Below are positions 54,258-64,000 of a stretch of 64,000 bases of DNA, one piece after another. The translations under genes were made by a program, and so were the position numbers. Every line of letters starts with the position of its first letter. Positions within the stretch are counted from its first letter, which is position 1. The DNA lies in the NCBI GenBank assembly GCA_964016885.1, contig OZ024742.1, positions 220,410,001 through 220,474,000 of the forward strand. Reading direction: 5' to 3'. Below the pieces are notes generated by a model that saw only the letters and a program-made list of their open reading frames with translations, was not told the DNA's origin and did not search any database. The DNA comes from Eledone cirrhosa (Eukaryota).

Positions 54258-54940
54258 GAGTCAGGACCCCGACGGCTGAGCTTCGGCCGTTTTAACAGCT
54301 AGAATATATCTAATGTCATGGTATACTTAATGATTCTTTAATAAATATTTTATCACTACCAAAAACTTGATGATGTAGATAGTAGTCTCAGTGAACCGAG
54401 AATTTTGTATATCGGGTGGGGAGTAGGAGGAGATGAGAGGGGGGAGGAGGATAACGGAAGGAAGTTGTCGAGTAGCAAAACACACACGAGAATATTCATA
54501 TCAGCAGGATGTCATCATACTAAGTGACAAGTGGACAGTTCAACCAACTGACCCTCACATTCAAGCTGTGTTATAAACCAACAAACCAACACAAACAAAC
54601 CAGATGAGCAACCAAGCAAATCAATCAACCGAACAATTCGATGAGTTGGTGCACTTTGATCACTAATTTGACACCCAACCTCTCTTGACATACATACATA
54701 CACTCACACACACACACACACATACATACATACATACATACATACATACATACATACATACATACATACACACATACACACATACATACATACATACATA
54801 CATACATACATACATACATACATACATACATACACACATACACACATACATACATACATACATACATACATACATACATACATACATACATACATACATA
54901 CATACATACATACATACATACATACATACATACATACATA

Positions 54941-55546
54941 CATGGTGGCTGCCAACTCGTTTTCGAGTACGGCCACTACTTTATATCCATGTAGGAGAAC
55001 CCTACCGATGCGCTGAACGAGTGTGACTTTTTAGTCCAGCCAGCGGCTTGAAAACTCTGGTACAAACACTACACTTGCGACAATTATTGACACATAGTGC
55101 TGGCCCCATGGTACCATGTGACGATAAGTGCAGAGAGATCTCCAGATATAAAGCAATGCCTGTGCCGTGAAGCTTTTATAGTGAGCAAAGGCACTGCACA
55201 AAGCCAGTCCCACTCTCTTAACCAAGATGATATTTACCAAAAAGAAGAACAAGTCAACATCATTGGATACCATCAGAGTTGCAGGTGTTATATCAGAGTT
55301 TTCCTTCTCCTCGAATTCTGCCTTGACAAAGGCTAAGGGGTCATCTCTCCCGGTGATTTTGGATGGCCATTGACTCTTAAGAGCTCCTTTGCCCTTTGAC
55401 AGGTTTTGTTTTTAGTCCTGCAGTCCAAAGTCACCCTCCTCATCAAGAAACCTTGGTGGGGTTGCCAGTTTAGTCGCCAACGACCCGACCATGAGACAGG
55501 TTGTACTGGGATACATGTTACCAGTAGCACCAACTGGTGACCTGAC
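54941..55546 (-). mobile_element. ~600-bp non-coding RTE-derived element with HDV-like 5' ribozyme and (TATG)n tail
   Basis: Copies at 1154, 59828 and a relative at 60313. The 3' end GCAGCCACCATGTATG resembles the RTE end at 60845-60866. Confidence 0.7.
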
Positions 55547-55559
55547 ATACATACAGACA

Positions 55560-58500
55560 GACAGACAACGCGATCAGTCGCATATTTTGGCGTGGGAGAC
55601 TATTTATTAAATTTAAGATGAATACTATCTCCGATAGTAATGCCACAACTACAGCCAGGTTGAATAACTGGTTATTCTTCTATCTATCCCTTCTGAAGAA
55701 ACCTTTTATTCGAATTCGTAGAGATATCCGACTAAATACATAATTCATTTTACAAGGATTTGCTACAAACAGCATGGCCGAACACAACATCAACAAAAAA
55801 ATTAAGGAAGTACCGAAGACAAATAACAAGGAAGGTAATCAAACTTTATTCAGTTGCAGCTACAGAAGAAACCGAAATTATAAATCGCATTTCTCTTGGA
55901 ATTGCGAACTTAATAATGATTTATTTAATTGTTATAAAATGGCAAAAAACAATCCCTCCATTGGCTATATGAGTAGAATGAAGCTACACTGGGACGAAAT
56001 GCACCCAGAGCTAAATTATTTCACAGCGAAACAATTACGCCAGCAAGCGACGTTTGCTGAACGTAAAAATAAGATAAATATTATTAATTGTAAGTCACCA
56101 ACAACAAACATGTTATCAACAACACGTGCTACATGTCGCCATGCTACTAGACTTCCTAGCAGCCAGGTCGAACAGCGCCTTGAAACAACTATGCCTGTAA
56201 GAAACTTGACACCACTTGTACCATCTAAGTCTACCTCGAATGCTGGGGAAAACACTATCGATAATAATAATAATCGAATAAATTTGACACCATGTGTACC
56301 ATCCGAGTCTACCTCGACTGTTGTGGAAAATACTATCGATAATGATAATCAAAAGTATAAACAATTGAAAATTTCCCTCAACGAAATCTTCCAGAGAGAA
56401 ATTAACTCATGTATAAATATCTCTCTTGCTGAACGTGTTAATACGACAATGTTGAATAAAAAACCAAATAATGAAATACTACGTGTTATTGATGAAATAG
56501 GGGATGAATATTTACGACGGATAAAAACCCCAACATTTTGGCAAATCAACGCCTCTTTATATGCCCTAGCAACGACAGTGAAGCATTATCTTGGTGATAG
56601 CAGAGATATTAAAAAGAGCAAAACACCACCAAAAATACCATCATATATAACTAAAATAGAAAAAAAGAATGCTGACCTACGAAAAAACATAGGATATGTG
56701 ACAATGCTCTTTACATGCAAACAAACACAAAAAGAACTCACTCCTCACCAACAAAGAGTGAAAAATAAAATAGAGACAATGTTTGGTAACAGTATAACCA
56801 TAACTCTCCAATATAAGCTGATCACCCTCAAACAAGAATTGAGAGCTGTTAGCGAAAAACACCGATACCTGAAGAAGGTAGATGAGAGAAAAGTGCTTAA
56901 TAAAAGATTCAGACGAAACCAAACATCAGTCTATAGAGATATGAAGGGCAAAATAATTGTTTCTACTATTGGCACAAGGCCAGCAATTACCCAGTACATT
57001 ACTGGTACTTTATTTTATCGACCCCGTAAGGATGAAAGGCAAAGTTAACCTCGGCGGGATTTGAACTCAGAATGGCAAGGGCCGTAACTCTATGCGTCAA
57101 AGCATGGCGTCCGACCCTCTACCGATACTGCCAACTCACCAATAAGTGTCACTGAGGCCCCATCCCAGAAAGACAGATTCCGTTTGGAGAAAAAAATGGG
57201 GTGAAAAGAAGAATTTCAACAAAGATGCAGTGTGGCTAGAGAAATCCGAAAGAACTATTGCTCCTACACTACAACAAAAACATACGAAATAAGTGAAGGT
57301 ACCCTTGAGACTGTGATAGGAAAACTCCAAGATAAGAAAACACCAGGAAGAGACATGATTGTCGGCTACTGGTACAAAAAACTGATATTCTATCGGAGGT
57401 ATCTTACTGACCTCTACCAACAAGTTCTTAAGGGAGATACACTTATACCAGAATGGTTGACATTAGCACAAACATTACTGGTCCCCAAGAACGAAGACAC
57501 CCACTTGGCAAAAAACTACCGACCCATTGCATGCCAGAACCTGATGTATAAGATGTATACAGCCTGTCTGAACCTATTCCTCCAAGATCACTGTGAAAAT
57601 AATAACATCATCACAGATGAACAAGCAACTGGAAAGAAAGGGTTTTGGGCTGAACAACTCCTAATCAACAAAACTGCGATGTCGGAGGTGCGATAACTTA
57701 GGAGGAATATGGCTACAGTCTGGCTAGACTACAAGAAAGCTTTCGATTCTGTTCCCCACTCTTGGCTGATAGAGGCCCTCCAACTTGCTAAAGTCCCAGA
57801 CATTATTGTCAGAGCCATAGAGAGGCTGTCTTCTTCTTGGGCTACTATCCTAAGGTTAAAGACAGAGAGGGAGGACTCTATTTTCACTGATAAAATAAAA
57901 TATTGCAGGGGTATATTTCAGGGGGACAGTCTCTCTGTGATATTATTCATCTTGTCATTAAACCCCTTGTCCTTTCTGCTCAAGAAATGTGAGGGATACA
58001 TCATTGGCTCACAGGAGGACAGAAATACGAACCTAACCCATAATTTCTTTGTGGACGATCTGAAACTCTATGCCAAGAACATGGATGAGATGAAGAAAAA
58101 TCTTGACCTGGTTACAACGTTCTCAAAGGATATAGGAATGGAGTTTGGCCAAGATAAATGTCCATATATGACTGTAAAGCGGGTAAAAACAACAACCCAA
58201 TCTAGCAACATTGTCATCAATGGCCTAACTGTTTCACTGATATCTGATGAGGACTGCTACAGATACCTGGGGATAGATGAGAACATATCCTATAATGGTA
58301 TCTGTAATAAAGAACGCGTAACCAGGGAATACTACACCCGATTAAGAAAGATCTGCTCATCGGAACTCTCTGCGCAAAACAAAACAGTGGCTCACAATGT
58401 GTTTGCTGTGCCTGTCCTAACACCAACGTTTGGCATACTCAATTGGACGATAGACGAAATCCGAGCAGTTGATGTTGGAACTCGAAAAGTACTGAACAAC

Positions 58501-59820
58501 ACCGAAACTTCCACATCAACAGTGACATAGACCGCCTTTACTTGAAACGTAAGCAGGGAGGCAGAGGCCTAACATCAGTCCAGACAACATTTGAATGTCG
58601 CATCATATCTCTCCGACATCTACGAACCTCGAAGTGTAGGAGCCCGTCTCTCGAGCAAGTCTATCTGCATGAAACAGATAAGATCATGAGAGTTGGGAAG
58701 GAGCTCCTTGAGAAATATTCCCTGTGTGATAATCAAAAACTCACACCCAGGGATGTCGCTCAGCAGTATCTCAGTGAATCCATGGATGAAAAACTGCATG
58801 CCTATCAGCAAAATATCATGCATGGATATGTTGCCAGAAAGCTCTAGAGTGAGAGTAATATAGATAAGGAAAGTAGTCTATCTTGGACCAACAACCGCTA
58901 TATTGACTCCCACCTTGAAGGATACGCTTTTGCAATCCAGGAACAGGAGATTAGCACGAAATACCTGATTCACAAAAGAGATAGGGATGCAGGCAAAGCA
59001 CCTAGATGTGATAACAAGTGCAGACTCTGCAGAACTAACATCGAGGATATCACCCATGTCATCAGCAGCTGTCCAAAGATGTCATCGCGGCACTATCTAC
59101 CTATGAGGCATGATGTAGTGGCCAAAACACTGTACAATGCAGTTCGTAAAAAAGATAGCCCCGATAATAAACACATTAAAAGCTACAACAATGTGGAAGA
59201 CATCCATGTACATAATATGAAAGAGTATTGGTGGAATGTTCTAGTAAAAACCCCAATAAAATGCAGTTATAACAGACCAGATATTATGATATAGGACAGG
59301 GAGAAGAAAACATGCACAGTAGTGGAAATTAGCTGCCCAGCAGATGCCAATATAATATCAAAGATTAGCGAAAAGGAGAATATTTATGCAGAACTGATGA
59401 GAAATCTGCAGATACTCCACCCTGATTACACCTTCAGATTTATGCCTGTGGTTATTGGGGCACTGGGATATGTTAGTAACTGCCTCAATACAAATCTTGA
59501 GAAGTTAGGCTTCACAGGAATAGAAAGAACACAACTAGTTAGGACATTACAAGTAAAATCCATTAATGGAACAGTAAAAATGTGTAAAACATTCCAAAAA
59601 TTTTCCATATAATAACTGCATATACACATGTACAGATACAAACTATATATACATGCACACATACAACTCAAAACATACACATCCATATCTACACATGCAT
59701 GCATACATACATATCTACCTAGTTGATGTGTAAATTCCAATGAGAGAGTATTGTGTCTATGTTAGAAACCGACTCTCTCTCTATTGGTAAAACTTTGTGA
59801 AATTATAAGACCAGAAGAAC
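55560..59820 (+). mobile_element. Near full-length R4/Dong-like RLE non-LTR retrotransposon (disrupted)
   Basis: KNYRPI, WLDYKKAFDSVPH, GIFQGDSLS, FVDDLKLY, YRYLG, GGRGL, CCHC, RPDI and EISCP over successive ORFs. Bounded by CATA/CAGA repeats. Confidence 0.9.
56952..57140 (-). mobile_element. Nin-domain SINE inserted in the R4-like ORF
   Basis: Accounts for the C-terminal IIVSTIGTRPAITQ...DERQS of ORF 55774-57048. Confidence 0.9.
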
Positions 59821-59827
59821 ATACATA

Positions 59828-60230
59828 CATGGTGGCTGCCAACTCGTTTTCGAGTACGGCCACTACTTTATATCCATGTAGGAGAACCCCTACCGATGCG
59901 CTGAACGAGTGTGACTTTTTAGTCCAGCCAGCGACTTGAAAACTCTGGTACAAACACTACCTTTGTGACAATTATTGACACATAGTGCTGGGCCCATGGT
60001 ACCATGTGACGACAAGTGCAGAGAGATTTCCAGATATAAAGCAATGACTGTGCCGTGAAGCTTTTATAGTGAGCAAAGGCACTGCACAAAGCCAGTCCCA
60101 CTCTCTTAACCAAGATGATATTTACCAAAAAGAAGAACAAGTCAACATCAATGGATACCATCAGGGTTGCAGGTGTTATATCAGAGTTTTCCTTCTCCTA
60201 GAATTCTGCCTTGACAAAGGCTAAGGGGTC
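59828..60230 (-). mobile_element. 5'-truncated copy of the 54941-55546 element
   Basis: Near-identical sequence with CATA repeats on both sides. Confidence 0.8.
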
Positions 60231-60312
60231 ATACATACATACATACATACATACATACATACATACATACATACATACATACATACATACATACATACAT
60301 ACATACATACAT

Positions 60313-60842
60313 GATGGCTGCAAATTCTGCTAAGAGTATTGTAATCGCTTGTCAGATTACAGAAAATGGTGCACTTTTAGGCTACGGCCAGCCATACGAA
60401 CCTGTAACAGATTCTGAACAAGCAATGCTTGTGCTTTGGAGGTTTTTAAAGTGGGAAAAGGCCTTGCACTCGACCAATCCCACTCTCTGAGCATCGAAAA
60501 CACTACCCGAAAAGGAGAACTGGTCAACATCATCGGATGCTTCCGAAGCCACAGGTTTTCTTTTTTTTTTCAGAGTTTCCCTCTCCTAGAAAGGTGTTGT
60601 GATAACAACTGGGGGCTTTTCACTCCCAGGTGGAAAAAAAAAGTATTATTTGGATGGCCGTTGGCTCTGCTGAGTTCCTCCTCCCTTTGCCGGGTCTTGT
60701 ATTTCATCCTGCAGGGTGTCCAAATGTCACCCTCCTCACCAAGCAAGCTTGGTGGGGTTGCCGGTTTAGTCGCCGACGACCCGACCATGACACAGGTTGT
60801 ACTAGGTTACATGTTGCCAGTAGCACTCGAGAGCGACATGAC
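60313..60842 (-). mobile_element. Related RTE-derived non-coding element with HDV-like 5' ribozyme
   Basis: 60460-60842 is homologous to 55190-55546 but the 3' part differs. CATA repeats on both sides. Confidence 0.7.
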
Positions 60843-60854
60843 ATACATACATAC

Positions 60855-62625
60855 ATGGTGATTGCTACTTCTTGTCAGAAGAGTGCCATCCCTTCATTGA
60901 ACATTGCACAGTCATGTGCACGCAGGTGACGTTTCAGACCCGCTTTTGTTTTGCAGATACGTTAACAGATGTGACACTTGAACTATTTGTCTTCTGGTAA
61001 AACTGGCTGGGGTGTGTTTTCATGCATTTTACCATATCTGGTCAGACCACCCGCTGACTTGCAAATTAAGCCACACTCACTGCAAATATGCCCTGGAGTG
61101 TGTGGCGGTAGAACCATCTCACAGTTGGCTCGATTTCTCCCTGGCTCGTGTGATTTCAGGTGGTTAACAAAACCAATTCGTGTTGGAAGAAATCGACCAC
61201 GTACATTGCACCTCAATTCTTGCTGAATTTTTGCAGGCATTGCATTTGAGTCCCACTTACGAAGTGAACACTTCAAAATACCATGCTCCTCTCGCTTTTT
61301 CTCAAAGACATCACATTTATATTTGATGATCTTTCTCGGTGATGTACGGCCTTTAGCCAGTCTCTCCCAGTTCTCTATATCAATCTTTTCCCTATCACGA
61401 AAACGTTTGGTTCCACATACACTTTCACAACTGGAAGAGTGTACATGGCCTTTGTCTTTTTTAGACTAATATTTAACCCAAAGAGAGTATATGTATTGGA
61501 AAAGGTGTCCAATATCAACTGCATGTCCTTTACTGTGTGAGCCACGAAATCTGCATCATCAGCAAACAGGAACTCCCTAACAAGAGTGCCAAAAGGTTTG
61601 GACTTGGTGTTACACTGTCTTAGATTAAATACTTTGCCAGAGGTTCTAATTCGCAAGTATACACCAATTTCAAAATCAGTCACCTTGATTGACACCATTT
61701 CCCACTGAAATTGGCTCTGAAAGTGTCCCATTGAAGTTCACTTTTGCTTTCTTATCTTGGTGGATTTTTCTGACTATTCCAACAAACTCCTGAGGGCATC
61801 CAAGTTTCCCCAATATGACCAACAATGCACTACGATCAACAGTATCAAAGGCTTTGGTAAGGTCCACAAATACTTGGTAAAGTGGCACTTGCTGCTCAAC
61901 ACACTTCTCCATAAGCTGACGGGCTGAGAAAATCGTGTCCTTAGTACCCCACCCAGCTCTGAATAAACACTACGTCTCAGGGATGGCACCAGGGCAAATC
62001 CATTTTATTAGACGATTCAGCAAAACCTTGGATAAGACTTTCCCTACCGATTCGAGCAGACTTATACCACGATCATCACCACATTCCGACTTGGAGCCTT
62101 TGCCTTGTAAATCGAGAGCAAAATTGCATCTACCCAGTCTTACGGGACAAGCTTACCATGTCATACAGATAAGACAAGCCTATGAATGGCTATAACAACA
62201 TTGTTTCCTCCAAAGCGAATCAGTTCAACGGGTATTCCATCTAAACATGGGGCTTTCTCTATGTTTATCTCTTTGATAGTTGACATTATCTCATCAATGG
62301 TTGGATCATTCATCATCTCTGTTAGAGTCTCTCTTTGTGGCAACCATTAATAATTTCCTCGTCAACTACAGATGGGTTGTCAAACATCTTTAAAGTGTTC
62401 AGTCCATTGACTCATAATACCTTCTCGATATTTGATGAAGACGTTCCCATCCTTTCACTTTAATGGGGGCCATTTTAGAGGGTTGTGGACCAAAAACGTG
62501 CCTTATTGTGCTGTATGCCTTCGGGTCTCTGCATTTATAAGCCCTCTGCATCACTGCTGAAACTTCAGACCACCAGTTGTTCTTTCGTGTTTTAATTTGC
62601 AATTTTGATTTAGCTTCTTTGAATG
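60855..62625 (-). mobile_element. RTE (BovB-like) LINE RT and C-terminal C2H2 zinc-finger fragment
   Basis: KAPCLDGIP, FVDLTKAFDTV, GVNQG, LFADD and CSECGLICKSAGGL motifs, with a (TATG)n tail. Confidence 0.9.
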
Positions 62626-62629
62626 TCTT

Positions 62630-63106
62630 CAACATGACAAATAAAGAACCCATAGAACATATAAAGCAGCACACAGACATTACAGAGAAAAATTACTACA
62701 CCCCACCAACACCAAGAACATTACCAAAAAATATAAACATTGTTGTAATTAAACTAGAACATTATAAACAATTAAAAGAAAAATTCCCCAACGCAGTTGA
62801 AGACTTCAGAGTGTCGGTTACCAAGAAAATATACACGGACATTATCTTGGAGACGCCCATGACCAGACAAAGGGACAGTTCGACTGTCCCTTCCCCACAC
62901 GATCAGGGTAGGTGATCCTTTCTCACTTACTCCATTCCTCACCCAACATGGCGTTAATTAGAATAGGCACTATAAATGTACATGGCCTGGGGTCATCTTG
63001 GAAGCAGGGTCTCCTGCTTAAAGTTCTCAGGCCACTAAACATAGATGTGGTGGCCATCAGCGAGACCAGAATTCCCGAAGCACGAGACTTTTTCCCAGAT
63101 AAATAA
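62630..63106 (+). mobile_element. L1/Tx1-like LINE fragment (ORF1 remnant and APE N-terminus)
   Basis: IGTINVHGL....DVVAISETR. Confidence 0.6.
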
Positions 63107-63465
63107 TAGCATACATTCTGTTCCTGTGAAGAAGTATCTTAAAGATCGCTGTAGTTATGCGATGTAACACAACAATTTTACACGGCATGTTCGAAATGAA
63201 TTATTGACTTGATTTTTTCATTTTTTCCTCTCTTTACGTTGCCTCACCATTCGTGTTTGTTTACATATCTTTCTCTTTCTCCACCCAACTCTTTTTATCC
63301 CAATAACTTATTTTAGTTATTGTATCGCCTTAGCCGGAGGTGTATTGTCTGTAATGTGAAGAAATACCTATGATGGCTAGTAGACAACTGATGATGGATA
63401 TTCTTAACTTCTATTTCTAATTCTTCATTTATTATACTTAATTGCAACAACACAGCTCGCCATTT

Positions 63466-63568
<103 letters not shown>

Positions 63569-64000
63569 AGAGTTTAGGATGGTGGTTTGGGCGGAACAAG
63601 AGGAGAAAATGAGAAAGAATCCTTCGTCAGCTGTAATCCGCAATCCAGATGTTTCGGCGCTTATTTACAGGACATCTGTAGCGATCCGCGGTGTGCACGA
63701 GGCCTTTTCTTAATCAAAAGCCCAGGAGGAAAAGAAGAAAAAAAGGAGAGAAAAGGGAAGGAAAAAGAAGGAAAAGAGGAAGAAGAACAAACGGGAAAGG
63801 TGGTGAGGAGAGAGGAAGAAAGAGAAAAAGGAAAAAAGGAGAAAAAAACAGGTGAACAGATCCCATCGTGGGGAGACACAGGACAAAGGAACATGCAAGT
63901 AAGTAACCGTGAAAAAATAGGATAAGTAAGTTATAGCAAACCTGGTAGACATAAACCTGGTAGGATACGCTAACCAGAGGACGGTATTAGCGTGTCGACT

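Noticed and set aside
55774-57048. 424-aa ORF as a standalone gene
   Set aside because: It is the N-terminus of the R4-like LINE ORF, terminated inside an inserted antisense SINE.

Overview
AT-rich, microsatellite-dense animal genomic DNA. It is probably from an octopod cephalopod, inferred from the many copies of a tRNA-derived Nin-domain SINE. I recognised no host gene; the window is a mosaic of mobile elements. Main contents: (1) a ~6.7 kb intronless Helitron/Helentron-type RepHel gene (5010-11733: 15-aa repeats, DUF6570-like region, HUH Rep, PIF1 helicase) fused to a C-terminal USP/C19 deubiquitinase domain, broken only by two TAG stops and one frameshift; (2) just upstream, a head-to-head array of a non-coding ~550-bp monomer carrying a type I hammerhead ribozyme, inverted exactly at the ribozyme stem III/cleavage site (retrozyme or Penelope pLTR-like); (3) many further, sequence-unrelated hammerheads, often in fold-back repeats beside (TA)n, including U3-A8 core variants and very long stem II forms; (4) a Penelope-like RT/GIY-YIG remnant between 1.35-kb inverted pLTRs; (5) a (CATA)n-anchored stack of an R4/Dong-like LINE, RTE LINE pieces and short non-coding RTE-derived elements with HDV-like ribozymes at their 5' ends; (6) mariner, CR1, CRE, non-autonomous Helitrons, MITEs and a probable solo LTR. 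All folds and alignments were done by eye and no database searches were run.
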